DNA from: Felis catus
Lineage: Eukaryota
Direction of reading: 5' to 3'
Assembly (NCBI RefSeq): GCF_018350175.1
Contig: NC_058368.1
Span: 202,370,001-202,434,000, forward strand
Length of the DNA stretch: 64,000 bases
Of this stretch, positions 25,981 through 39,644 are shown piece after piece. The notes beneath the pieces are model-generated. The model did no database searches, was not told the DNA's origin, and saw only the letters and a list, made by a program, of their open reading frames with translations. Made by a program: the position numbers and the translations under genes. How positions within the stretch are numbered: the stretch's first letter is position 1; every line of letters starts with the position of its first letter.

Positions 25981-27411
25981 GGTCTAGGAATCTGCAGACT
26001 CTCACTCAGGCCCTTCCCTGGCCTCTGCTTCACTACTGGTAGGAATGGATAGGAGGTCTTACTTCTCTTGCCCCTGGAAAGAAACTCCCGCCTCTTAACC
26101 CCACCCACCCCTGCGCTCATCACCCCCACCCTGCGCAGCACTCTTAGCCTCACCACCATTATCTGTGGTGACACCGTCAGTAAAAATCTCATTATGCCTT
26201 TTATCCCCGTTTACATCAGCCATTACAAGAAGCCAGGGACTCCCAGGTCACTCTTCATCCCTAGATTTTAATCCCCATCTGGCTCTTCGAGCAGCAAAAC
26301 ACTGCTTGCTCTTTTCTGGCACTTCCTATACTCTTTCTCTCAAATTAACTTTTTCTCAAAGCATTTCTGACATAGTGTGCAGTTTACTTACTTGTTTAAT
26401 TGTCCTGTTCCCTGACTTCCCCTTCTCCAACCCTCCACTGATACACATACTAGAATATAAGCTCTACGATGGCCGCGTCCATTTTTATGTATTTGTTCAT
26501 GGCTATTTCCCCAGTGTTTAGCACAGTATTGGGCCTTTGTTGAATGACTAAATTTAAAAGTTAAAGTAATAACGTACCTTATCTATCAAATTGTACTCGA
26601 GGGTCAGGGAAAGAGAATAGTTGAGACTGATTTCAGAGTTTTGGGCTTAGATGACCTGATAGTATGATTATAAATATTTGCTAAAATCAAAGGTGGTTTC
26701 CTTCCATTTGCTGTACTTATTCTGGTTCTTTTGATTTTGGTCAGGGAACATTCTCCCATAACACTTTGCAAGCAGTGAAATTTGTTTGTTGCAGCTAGTG
26801 AAATTTATTTTGGGGGAAAACTTCACAGAGATTTAAGCATCACTATTTTCAGTACAATAGTGAACAGAAACAGTGTTCTAATCCCATTTCCAAAGAATGT
26901 GGAAAATCAATTGTATGTGAGATATCTGAGGGCTTTAGGTATGAAGATAAATTTGTCCAAATACTGTCCTGGAACATTGGTATCAGGCCTCAAGAAAGCA
27001 AATGAAGGTAGAGGAAAAGATTTGGAGCTGAGAGGAAAAGTAAAGAGATTTGTGTCCAGGCGGGGGGAGGAGGGAGGACATTTTTTTAAAGAAAGACAAC
27101 ATCAACAAAAGGCAGATATGGAACTTCAAGGAAATGGGAGGAAGAAAATTCACAAGTAGCATCAAGCCCCGTCTCAGCCAAGGATAGGATATTCGTATTC
27201 TGAGTCTTGTTTCAGGTTATCATTTTATTATTTTATAAAAAATTACTTGAAACCTGACTTTTCAACTTTAAAAAAATATCCCTCTAACTCCTTTCACTCC
27301 CACATACATACTGTGTTAGCAGTATACACATGACCCAAACATACATACACAAACTTTTCTATGAAAGATATTACATTTTGGCTTGTGGCTTATTTTGGTT
27401 ATTGCAGAATC

Positions 27412-27415
27412 ATTA

Positions 27416-27458
<43 letters not shown>

Positions 27459-27460
27459 TA
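27412..27460. repeat. (AT)n microsatellite flanked by attataatta
   Basis: Read directly from the sequence. Confidence 0.95.
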
Positions 27461-28479
27461 CATATAAATGGCTAGGAAGATAGAACGATTTTAAAAATGT
27501 GTATCCAGTCAGGAAAGGAAGCTAAGTGGGAAAATGGAAATAGAGCACTCATTTATTGTCAAATGCAATATTTATATGCCTTAAACATTGTTCTCATTTA
27601 GTCATTACCACCATCCTGGAAAATATGTCCTATTTCCCCAATTTTGCAAATGAAGATAAAGAATAAAGATAAAGAATAAACTCAGCTGTGTGTTGTTGTC
27701 TGACTAATCTAATCCTTGTTGTCTGACTTCAAATGGACTGTTCTTTACATATATTTCATACACTATCTCAAAAGAAAAAAAATAATCCCTGTGTATTAGG
27801 TTCTAAAAGCCTTGCTGTACAAAATGAAGAACATGGTAATCATGTTTGGATTGCCAGCCCTCCCATGCTTTGTTGGCATTTATAAAATTCTACTAAATTT
27901 GGCTTAGAAGCAACACACACACTACAAGGAAGCAGTTGTTTTGTGAGTGTTTTGGGAAGGAGGAGAGAAAGCAAGAATGCATTGTGGGAGTGCAGACAAA
28001 GAGCAGTGTTCTTAATGTGCAGCAGTGACTAAGAAAGATTTCAAGGTTCAGAAAAAGAGTGGGAGAAATAAAGCAATACATAAGCTTAACCTTGGTTATA
28101 ATAAAATGTAAAGACTAGGCGTTTCCACCACATTTATCATGCTCAAATATTGTTAAGAAAATATTTCATATTAGTGTATATACCTCTTATTCAGGGGCAT
28201 CAACACATGTATGCACTACCTAAAATTAAGAAAGGATAAAAAAGAAAAGAAATTTAAAAAGTACTTTTCCACTGGAAAGAAATAGTGGATAAATCACATA
28301 GATAAACCAGTTAGGACAATGGAATGATGCCATTGAGGTGTCCCGTGAAGACATTGCTCATATCATTCTTGTGTTGGATTGTAAGAGCTACCTGATGTTT
28401 GTTTTGGCATGGCATGCATAGCCTTATTTTATTTTCTAGGTTCGAAACTGATGACTTGACCAATGAGCTTTTGGGCTTG

Positions 28480-28842
28480 TTTTTATTTATTTATTTTTTT
28501 TAATGTAATTTATTGTCACGTTAGCTAACATACAGCGTGTAAAGTGTGCTCTTCGTTTCAGGGGTAGATTCCCATGACTCATCGCTTACATACAATACCC
28601 AGTGTTCATCTCAACAAGTGTCCTCCTCAATGCCCATCACCCTTTTCCCCCTCTCCCCCACACCCACCATTAGCCCTCAGTTTGTTCTCTATATTTAAGA
28701 GTCTCTTATGGTTTGCCTCCCTCCCTTTCTGTTTGAAACTATTGTTTCCCCTTTCCTTCCCCCATGGTCTTCTGTTAAGTTTCTCAAGTTCCACATATGA
28801 GTGAAAACATATGATACCTGTCTTTCTCTGACTGACTTATTT
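28480..28842 (-). mobile_element. 5'-truncated felid/carnivore L1 3' end
   Basis: Poly(T), then aatttattgtcacgttagctaacatacag...ccctcagtttgttctctatatttaagagtctcttatggttt; same family as 50575-50729 in reverse orientation. Confidence 0.9.
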
Positions 28843-30893
28843 CTGTGTCATCTCATTTAGTCTTCTCAATCATCCTGCGTTAGAGACAAAGTTCAGTCTG
28901 TTTAATTACCTGGTTTTACCAGTTACCGCACTGCTCCAAACCAACTAACTTCTTTCTCAGAGAAGTAGAAAGGGTTTTAATCTTCTGTCTGCTATATCTT
29001 GCAATTTGAGGTAATTAAATAGACTCTGAACTTTGTCTCTAATGCAGGATGATTGAGAAGACTAAATGGGATAACAGAAAAACTCAGTGGTTGAGATATG
29101 ATAGGCATTTCATAATGACAATTGTTCTTGCCTTTTTGCTGTTAATTGGGAGCCAAGGGATGAGTGTGGAGGAAGAGGAGAATATGAAGAGGAGGGAAAA
29201 ATGGAAGAGCAAAAATAAGTATGGGTAGTGTTATTATAATACTTTACATTAAGAAATTATTAAATTTCATCAGAGAGAACCACTGAATTCAAATCTTGGA
29301 GTGATTTAACAGATCATGAGATTAAAAAAAAAAGCACCAGGTGTAATGTGTCAATTAAGAGCCATTATTTTTCAAAGATGATCAATGTTGATCAAGCTCC
29401 CTAGGTGGAAGTGATCCTGTAATCTTATATGGGAGAAATGCTTTATAATTAGAGTGTGACTATAAATAAATCAGTAAACATTGCTGATATTTTAATGAAA
29501 GACCCTTAAAAGATAGGATAAAATTTTGTTTTTAACTATATTTGGCTATTAGAGTTGACATCAATACCATCTTAACATTCTTCAGGATGGCTTATATCTG
29601 CAAAATTCCAACTATTTGAAAACCTATATGTAACAAAGAAATATGTGCCTGATTTATGGATTACTTACTCCCAAAAATGTACAGATAAAGTTCATTTTTC
29701 TTTGTATTGATCATTTGTTGAAATAATTCAATTCTACATTACGCACCTGGCTTTCAGAATAAGTTTGGTAAAATGGTGTTAAGTTTTAAAAATATGATAA
29801 AACCATAAATAATTTTTACAATGACAGATTTTTCTATTAGTAAAATAACAAAAATCAGAGACATGATTATGTATCTACTATAAGGCCTTGTGTGCATTTT
29901 TCCCAAAGAAAATTTGGCACAGAATATCCTACCGTAGAAATATTGGAAATTTAAGAAATAATTTAATATTTCTGAATTTTGTTCCTTTGGGAAGTAGCTA
30001 TAAGGTTTCTAGCAGATTTAATCACAGTATCTTCTAATGGCCTGTAATTTATTAAATATGTTTCCTAGTCCACATAAAATTAAAAGCATTAGCTTCCTTT
30101 AATAATCAGGCAGGTTTGTATGTATAATATGCATAATATATTCAATAAAATTACTTTTTATACTTTGCACAGGATTTCTATATACTGGATTGTTGTTTCT
30201 CATCTTTCCCCAACATTTTCAGTCTTCGGGCCCTCTGGTTTGGAAATACAAAAAGAACGAATAGAATACTTTGCTGCTTTAAGAACCAGAAACAATGGAT
30301 ACCATGGGAAAGGCAGACTTCTGCAGGGGAAGTAAGCTTTGGAGAAAGTTTCACAAATAGATATAGAATTATGTTTTGAAATGACCTAGTTCCTTCGTGA
30401 TTGTTATAGGAAGATCAAAGCCTCTAAGCCTTTTTTTTTTTTTTTAATGAATAGGAGGTGAGAAATGGAAACAGTACATTTCCTGTAATGTAGGAGTTGT
30501 GTACTGTGCTACAAGTGGGAGTATTTACCATAAATTACTTTGATTTCTAAAGAACAAAACTTAACTCAGTGCTTATAAGAGTGTTCAGATGAGCTTTGTG
30601 AAAAATCCTCTTTCTTTCTCATGTGTGTCTCATTTTTCCCCTGTGAATTCATGGCCAGATTACTGAAGATGCTGTGGGGACAGAGGGTAGGTGAAAGGAA
30701 AGAATGTGTTCTGTATTCCATATCTCATCCATAAGGAGATAAGTGTTATATTGTTTGATACCTATAACCAGGGAGTGGTCTTCCCAGTGTGCTATTAAAA
30801 AAGTTATCTAGGACTCATCTGGGTTCAGTGAAGCATAATGCCATGATCTATTAGTAATGTAGTAATTTCCAAAGATACGAATGAAAGGAGTGA

Positions 30894-30943
30894 CTTTTTT
30901 CTTTTCTCTTCTTCTCTTTCTTTTCTTTTTCTTTTTTTCTTTC

Positions 30944-30991
<48 letters not shown>

Positions 30992-30997
30992 TTTTTT
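30894..30997. repeat. Pure polypyrimidine tract with (CTTT)n
   Basis: ~104 nt containing only C and T. Confidence 0.95.
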
Positions 30998-31864
30998 GCT
31001 AAGTATTTGCCAATTCTGACCTAGAACATGGCTGGTTTTTAATGAATGTTGAAACTTTCATGGGACAATCTATTTGTTATTAATAGCTTTCTACATCATC
31101 CAAACTTGGGGTTTGGAAAAATTCAGTTTTTAGAATTTCTTCTTATATTGTAACTGCTGACTCTCATGTTGTCCAAAGACTGTGATTTTGGTGATGCAAT
31201 AGAATGGTGAAATGAAAAAAAAAAAACCAATGGAGTCTTGATAGGGAAAAAAAAATCCCTCTGAAATTTCTCTCCTTTTACCCTGCTATGACCCCATACT
31301 TCCCATCTTCTTTGATCAGTCTTCCTTTCTGAACAGTATTATTTTAAAATGTTCTTATCTTTGAAGCAGCTAAATTTGAATTGATGTATGCAGTGTATCA
31401 GTTCCAAGTTTATCAGCAAATAGTCGGCAGGAAGCTACCCCTCAGAAGTGCACTTCGGGTTCCTGGCAGGCATTGTGTTTTGAGAGCCAGCCTTCCTTAT
31501 TCCTTAGTTAAATGATGCCACTTGAAAAGACAAATACCACTATCATTGCTGTTGAGTTGGGACAGCAGTCTTCATCTAGCACACTATGATTTCATGAAAG
31601 CATCAATCAGGCTCACAAGATAAATATCTGAGTCAGCTGTTCTACTTTTGTATTGAATCTAATTAAAAGCATGAAACAAATGCTTGTCACACATTCTGTC
31701 TCATTGAAAGATAAATATATAAATAAAAATCAAGACAAAGACTGGAAAGATAGGGCAATTGGAATGACAATAGGTAATTTTATCCAGAGGGGCCTCAGTC
31801 AGCTAGCTGTCTAACATCCAGAAAATCAGTTTAGCTAAAAATAGTGTTAAATATGTCAAATGCT

Positions 31865-32074
31865 GGGGCGCCTGGGTGGCTCAGTAGGTTGACTGTCCGA
31901 CTCTTGATTTCAGCTCAGGTCATAATCACAGGGTCTTGGGATTGAGCCCCATGTTGGGCTCCACACTGCACTGAATGTGGAGCCTGCTTGGGATTCTCTC
32001 TCCCTCTGCCCCTCTCCTTGCTTGCTCTCTCTCTCTCTCTCTCTCTCTCCCTCTCTCTAAAATAAAATGAAAAC
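31865..32074 (+). mobile_element. Can-SINE (older subfamily)
   Basis: ggggcgcctgggtggctcag head, (CT)n, A-rich tail. Degenerate TSD aatatgtcaaatgct / aatacttcaaatact. Confidence 0.93.
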
Positions 32075-32609
32075 AATACTTCAAATACTGAAAGATTCAA
32101 GTTAGTACTATGAGAATATATTAGGATGGATGGCTGTCAAATAAATCATAGATGTATCTGATGTTACAGTTATGCAAAGGTAGTATCTCATGCTTTTCTT
32201 ATTTCAGGATACAAGTGAGTGTTGAAAAATGCTCCTGTGTAATGGAGATTGTGTCAGAACACAGGGAAATCTGTGATCAAAAAGTGCATGCACTTCTTTT
32301 GGAGCTGTCATGACTTTTTAAAATCGAACCTAGGAAGGAAAATATCCCCTAGGCTAACAGCTGCATCCCATATGCCAGGGGTTATAATGATTTCCTCCAG
32401 CAGTGAGACCACAACTGAAACAGCAGCTGGAATGGGAATCACCACACCTGGTTAAGTTTACAGTAACCACCTGTGTTCTCCAAGACACCTCCCCCCCTTT
32501 TTTTTCTGCACTTGACAACTAGAGAGGTAAATTGGATAGTCTAGAAATCCATAGCTCTGCATCTTTCCAATTTTAATAGTAGCACAAGATTCCTATGACT
32601 TTTTGATTT

Positions 32610-32780
32610 TAAATACAGTACTTTTTGTTTGTTTGTTTCAAGTTTTAATTTAAATTCTGGTTAGTTAACCTATAAGCTAATATTGGTTTCAGAAGTAGAA
32701 TTTAGTGATCCATCACTTATATACAACACACAGTGCTCATCTTAACAAGTGCCTCCCTTAATGCCCGTCACCACTTAGCC
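32610..32780 (-). mobile_element. Short carnivore L1 3' end
   Basis: tttaaattctggttagttaac...ttagtgatccatcacttatatacaacacacagtgctcatc. Flanked by ctttttgattt at 32599-32609 and 32781-32791. Confidence 0.82.
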
Positions 32781-35027
32781 CTTTTTGATTTATATTTTTG
32801 ATTGGGAGAAGGACTTTGTAGGGCTAGACTTGGCTGTTCTTACCAGAACAGCTTATTCTATTGGTTAGGAGTCTACTGAGGTGCTTCTGCCTATTGCCCA
32901 GACAGTCTGGTTCTAGCCAACCATTCAGTCAAAATACAAACTGGACACTTTTAACAGAGAAAAGGGGCACCAAGAAGTTACAAGTTAAAATTATGTAATT
33001 TTTTGAGCATAATTAACTAATGAATTCATTTTATGATATTACTGGAATTACAATTCTTTTCCAAAGCACTTTACAAGAATACAATTATTTGTAAAAATTT
33101 AACACTCTGTATCTGTGTATAGTATCAATTATGTTGGTTATATAAATTTTAAAAAGAAATCACGAATAGTAATTACTTTGGGGAGATTTTATCCATTTGA
33201 TGTGTCAATATTTCTGCCCAAATATTTTCAAAGGTATATACTCTATTCTCAGCTAGAACAGTACCACTTTAAATTAAGATTTTACAAGTTGAAACTCATC
33301 AGTGTAATTTCTATGAGTTATGCTTTATGATTTTGTTATGTTATTACTATTTTGCCAAGTTTTAGATGCTATAGCATCATAGAACCTCTCAGTATTATCT
33401 CATTTGTTTTCAACATCATATTCATAAAGAAATTTTTGTATGTTATTACTTTGACTTCACCAAGTGCTTCTTGGTGGTTTTGTGCACCTAGCAGGGTCCA
33501 GCATGGAACCAATGCATGAACCAGTACACCAAGGGGCTGGTATTAGCAAGATCATTGCCTGTTTCTTCCATTCTCATTGGAGGCTTGAAGGCATTAGATG
33601 TTCCTAGCTTCTCATGTCCAAGCAAACTTGTTTTATCAGTGAATGCCTTCATGCTGTCCTTGAAAGGGAGGTGTTAGATGCATCATCTCTGAAATGCAGT
33701 GGGGAGAAATATGCAAGTTGTTTCTGGTCATCTGGTGGATTTAACCAGGCACTACAGTAAGAACTCAATTCACTGCACACAGTTCAGATACTACTACTAG
33801 ATGAGGCAGACTTCTCAAACACTTCCTGATTTATTCTACTGCAGGTATTAATAATGTGCTCCATACTTGCTTAAAAAAGGAAAAATTCAGGACAAATTCT
33901 GAATCTAAGAACACACTGGGGCAGTAAGTGTGAGCCACCGTCTTGGGCCAATAGGGACTTTTGGCAACAGATAGGAAGTGGGTAAATAATCACGGTTATG
34001 GTTCCATTGGGCCTACTGTTATATGGATTTGTTTTAAACCTTCATTTGCCACCTTCTCAGAAGCAGATCCAAGTTTGATGGGACCTGTTACCCAACAGAG
34101 ACATTGGTTAAAATCATGTCTCTGTTCTTCAGGCCTGTAGTTTTGCTGTTATACCTAAGATTGATACATACTGGAATTGTGTAAAGCAAGGACTGAACTT
34201 CTCCCTTGTAACTCACCCTCCTTGGATGCTGGGCTCTGACCCCTGAGGAAGGGGTCCTTCTCAACTGGTGCTTGAAGCTCTGAGAGAACTTGCTTGGGAG
34301 GCCGTGGGGTGTAAAATATTCACAAACTAGCATAGACTGCTGCTACTAGAAATAGCAAAGAACCATTGCTATGTGAAGGGGACAGCAATAAGAAACGAAC
34401 AGGAGAAACGTGTTCCTTTTCTCTCCTCTAGCTTTCTGGTCCCCTCCAACCCTACCTATTGGAAGAGACTAACCATAGGGTAAAAAAGAGAAATATGGTT
34501 TGTGGAGTCCCAGATTTAAGTATAGAAAGGCCAGTTTATGGCCAAGAGATATTGGCTTAATGATGAGCACATTGGCAGAAGCAGACATACTATGTCTGGA
34601 ATTTATTTCTTGCACATATGTTCTTTAATACTTACCATACACCAGGAACTCTAGAGTGAGCAAAATGGACTAAGTCTCTGCCCTCATGGAGTTTATAGCC
34701 TAGTTCGGAAAGGACAAAACTAGCAATTTTAACAAACAAAAAGAATATTTCAGATATGGTAAGTGCTATGAAAACAATAAACTAGAAATTCCATATGCTA
34801 TTTATGTTGTTTCATAGCAGTTTTGTTACCTGGTTCTCCAGTCTTGCTCTCAAGGGGCAAGTGGTGCTGAGTGTCCACAGGTAGGCACTTAGTAGCTATT
34901 TTGCCACTTTACCTGGTACTGAGTTTCTAGATTCCATTACAAGAATATGAATGGGAGTTTTGCTGCTTTTAGTTCTGTCTCAGCAATATGGTCAGTTTCA
35001 AATATTCCATGTCTCCCTGATAGTCTA

Positions 35028-35380
35028 TGTCTTGGTCTGTTTGACTGCTATAGCAAAATACCACAGACTTGATGGTTTACAAACAACAGATGTTTCTTCC
35101 TCACAGTTGGAAACTGGGAGTCCAAGATCAGGGTGCAAGCACAGTCGAGTTTGGGTGAAGGCTCTCTTCTAGGTTCTAGACTGCTGACTTCTCACCCTGT
35201 CCTCACATGGAGGAAGGGCTAGGGAGCTTCATCACGCCCCTTCTGGAAGGTACGAATCCTGTTGTAGGGCTCACCCTCATTACCAGTCACCTCTCAATGG
35301 CCACTTCCTCATTCTATTACCTTAAGGCTTACGATTTCAACATATGAATTCTGAGGGCCACAAACACATAGACCACAGTA
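35028..35380 (-). mobile_element. MaLR solo LTR (MLT1A-like)
   Basis: tgtcttggtctgtttgactgctatagcaaaataccacagact...gtccaagatcaggg...ttcaacatatgaatt; ~350 bp, apparently complete LTR. Confidence 0.85.
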
Positions 35381-37794
35381 GTTCATATTGTACCACCCAC
35401 TTCTGGCACGGCCCAGTATCTGTATTTAAGATATTTGGTTACAAGCCACAGAAACTAACTTTAGCGAAAAGAAAATCCACAAGATTGAAGAGAAAGCTGA
35501 AGAAATCAGTTTGGAGAGTACAGAAACCAAGTATATCCAGGTTATTTTTGAGACAGGAAGAGCTTAAAAGCCTCATTCATGTGCCATTGCTGGAATACGT
35601 AAGCAAAATGATATGTATTTTTTTTTTTTTTTGTCCTTATGGCAACTCTACTCAGGATTCAAAATCCCAGGATTCAAAATCCCAGGAGAGAGAGAGCTCA
35701 GATCGTGTGTTCCTCCCTTGGCTCTCCTGGAATGAGGAGAAGAGAGATTTGTTTTATTAGACCACCTCATCTTACATTTTGTAGGGGCAGGACGGAGGCC
35801 TGAATACAGGGTTGCCACCAAGCCAGCTCAACTGGAGAGGGCTCTACTCAAAGTGAAACTGGAAGGTTGTTAGGTGAGAAGTGGATGCCAAGAAGTAAAA
35901 AATCACTTAAGTCAACCTCACCGTCTAACTGCTGTTTCCCATTAATCTAAATAAACTAGAACTGACGTGATATTACTTACTGGGTTTTAAATTCATACAC
36001 ACACTTTTGAAGGGGAGTTACTTCTCTCTTCCTAATTAAGTAACGCCATTTAAGGACAGGATCACTATGCTGTCTTGTCATCCCAGATTTTTCCTACACA
36101 ACTATACTTACGCACATCGGACGGAAGATACCTATATGTTCAGTGATGTCAATGATAACAACAGATCTTTGCCAGTCTTCACACGGAGAACTATTTTCAT
36201 GGTAGGCCTGGTTTTGAGAGGAGGGAAAGCTACTTATCTAACCCAAATCTCCACTTTATTTAACAGCTGGTGAGTAAATTGGAGGTTATCTTTAGAAATA
36301 ACTCAAGTTTTCTCTGTTCGTATTCACTTCTCTCTCGACTACACTTTCCTGAGAGTCCACAAGGGGTGATTGCCTTTGTGTCCACAAGTCCAGTCTCTGT
36401 AGTGCTGCTGCTCGACAGAGCACGGAAGACCTTGCGGTGAGCTGTCTCTGCATGACAGACAAGACATCTCCAGTTGGACTCCATGACTGCTCCTTCCTCT
36501 CTGAGGGCGCAGTTCCCATGCCAGGTCGCCATTGTGTTGTTAAGGCTGCCTGGTGTTATGCGTGTGGCAGTTGCATATTTGACGACTTTTGAGTAGGTGT
36601 GGACTAGAAAGGGTAATCTTCTCTCCTAAAGTATTACCCTGCTATAAAGATGACAGTAATCCATTTCCCTTATGTTTCAGACATGTTAGTGAACCGTTCT
36701 TCTATTTCTTCTCTGCTGGATACTCAGACATCCATGATGTGGGCGAGGGTGATGCCAAGTAACGGATACTAATGCCGTCTCAAAATCACGACGTCCTTCT
36801 TTATCTCACAGCGGTTTTTACAGCTGTTTTAGTGCTTCAGGTTCATGGCACCTGGCTTCTTTTTTAGTTTGAGTTTTCCTAAGAAGCTTCTGTCTTTACG
36901 CAAGTCGGCTTCTGAAAGCTCATTCATAATTTTCTAGTCATTGCTTACTCGTACTCCCGATTTATGTTAGTGCATCCAAAGTCAGCCTCTAGTAATAAAA
37001 AAGTGTTTTTCATTAATTCATGACACATAGCACCAGTTAGTTGAACTGAACTCTAGGATCAGGACTGTAGTTGCCTAAAGCTTCTTTCGGCTCTGATAAT
37101 TTGTGAATCTCTGAGTTTCTGACTTTTCAGACTGCCCTTGGGATGACTAATTTGCCTTATTTCCAAGCCTTGTTGTTCCTGAGCAGTTTGATCAAGTAAT
37201 GGTCTGGGATGAGTACCTTGATTTGTATCATTTAACTACCTCCAAAGCTTCTGATGAATAAAGGCCTTTCATTAATCTTTTGCACACTTAAGTACCTAAA
37301 TATAATCTACTATTAATTTCATCAACTTCTAATACATAATAAACTGCCACTTTAGTTTTCTACTGAAAAGTTAACGTGTTTGAAGATACTGCTCATAAGT
37401 GGGACTTTTCTTACCAAAATTCTGTTTAGTGTCCATGTAATATACCAACATCTCTTCTCTCCTATTTTCTAGAAAAAATAGTTACTATCAAACCTAAAAT
37501 TTAGGGTCATTTCTCTTTTGCATTAAGTCACCTAAATAATTTTCATTTATAACACTGACTCAGTAATTTCATTCTTATTATATGATTTGTCATGAAATTA
37601 CTCTGATTCTATAATGCAATATTTCCACAGAAAATGTAGATAAAGATGAGAATGAGAAATTTTTTCACCTGATAAGAATATCTCCTTAAGCCTTGAGTTA
37701 GTTGTATTAAAAACGGGATTTGAAATAATTATGTAATTAAAAAATTATCTTTTGTTAGATATTTCTTAACTCAAATGGAGAAATTATATCTATT

Positions 37795-38490
37795 TTATTT
37801 ATTCATAAACAATTTACTGGATAAGACTAGATGTCAGTTATTGTTCTAAATCATGGAGACACAGCAGTGAATAAAGCCTTATGGACTTACATTCTAGTGA
37901 GGGAGAGAGATAATCAACAAATAAGTAAAATATTGAGCAAGCCACTTAGTGTTGAGAGCAGTGGAGAAAATAGAAATAGTAGGGGTTGCCTTTTATGCAA
38001 AGTAATCAGGGAAGGCTTTACTGAGAAAATCACCTAAAGTAAACACTTGTGTGAGGTGCGAATAAAACATTGAAGGTAGGGGAACAGCATTTGCCAGGTC
38101 CTGAGACAGAAGTGTGCCTGGTGGGCTTTAGGAAGAATAAGAAGGTTCCGTGAGGCTGAAGCAGAGTTTGGGGGAGGGGGATGTAGGCAATGGGATCAGA
38201 GAGTTACCAGAGCTTAGGAGGCTACTGTCAAGATTGTGGCTTTTACTGGGAGAGTCATCCCCTGAGAGGATTGGGATTAGAGGAATGACCTGGCCTGGCT
38301 TCTGTTGTAAAACGCTCTCTAGCTGTAGAGTTTGAGTTGAAATTATAAGGAAGCAGTCGTGAGAGGTGGTCGGATACAGAATGTGGAGAAAATAGGAATT
38401 GTTGACAGATTGGATGTCAGTTGGAAGTGAAACAGAGAAATCAAAGATAAAACCATGTTGTTGTTGTTGTTGTTTTATCTGAATAGGAAG
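37795..38490 (-). mobile_element. L2 fragment
   Basis: ttattcataaacaatttactg...ggagacacagcagtgaataaag...tcagggaaggctttactgag. Confidence 0.7.
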
Positions 38491-38769
38491 AATGTATTTT
38501 ATATGTATTGTTGGTTTCATAAAGATCATTAAAAAAAGAAATGGGTTAAGAAACTTTTCTAAATGAAAACAAGTATTACTGAATAATATTCTTAGAGAGC
38601 ACATGTTTAAGTATACCTATATATGTAGTTAATATTTTTCACATATACACATAATGAAAAATCGTTTCGATGAATGCAGATAGAAAGACTGATGTACCTA
38701 TGAGTCCTTTGATGTGGGAACAGATGCCTACTCTGACAAAGGAATCTATTAGACCTTTTTTAGGAAGTT

Positions 38770-39268
38770 TCACTAGTCGAGATCCTGGCATGCAAAAGGT
38801 GGCACACTCAACAGATTTAATTAAAGATATTTTAATGGAAGGACATATGGCACGCAGAGGTATGGACAAAGTTAAGGAGACCCACAGGGGTGGTAAAGCT
38901 GCTGTATTGGACGTAGGCATAGCAGGAAGGCATTACGACTCCCAAAGTAGCAAGAGGAAGAAAGTTATTATTGAATGGGCATAAGCTATAGCCATTGAGA
39001 AGACGGTAGGAGCTGTGGCCCTGGAAGAAAGCAGCCTAGGACACAACCTGATTAACAAGAGAGGAAGTGGGACAAGGGAGTAAAAACCTTAGTCTTTTTC
39101 TCCTCCTACACTTCATCTTTTACTGGTCCTTCCTACTGGCCTTGAGAGAGGTCAGAGTATATAGGATCCTTGCTCATACAGTCCATGGTTGTCAGCCTGT
39201 GGGACACAGGGAGGGAAAAGAAGGTTAGATATTGAATCTGGAAGGACAAATAAGGAATACACAGCACA
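38770..39268 (-). mobile_element. ERVL solo LTR (LTR33-like)
   Basis: ggtggcacactcaa near one end and gaatctggaaggacaaataaggaatacacagcaca at the other resemble recalled LTR33 termini. Confidence 0.55.
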
Positions 39269-39606
39269 GAATTTCATGTTATTGAAGAAAGATCTGAACA
39301 CCAAGGCATACGAGGGAAGCTCTGTGGAATTCCTGTAGGAGAAACAAGGGATTGCATCTCTATCTTATTACCATGGAGAACTGCTCCACCTGCCCAGGTT
39401 CTTGTTTAGTCTGTGCTGAAGAGCTCAGATTCTGGTTGAATCAAGCACCCACACTTGTGATGGGAGGAAGGGATAGTAGGGTCCTGTGATTGGGGCCTAA
39501 TTCTAATCATGTGGAATTAGGAAAAGGATCTAACTCAAAGAAAAGGATTATAGACAAATCAATATAAGACTCCCTCTTGCAATATTAAAATATTTATATC
39601 ATATTA

Positions 39607-39644
<38 letters not shown>

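Noticed and set aside
25390..26521. Cluster of 118-161 aa ORFs
   Set aside because: They overlap decayed L2 sequence, with no recognisable protein similarity or splice structure.
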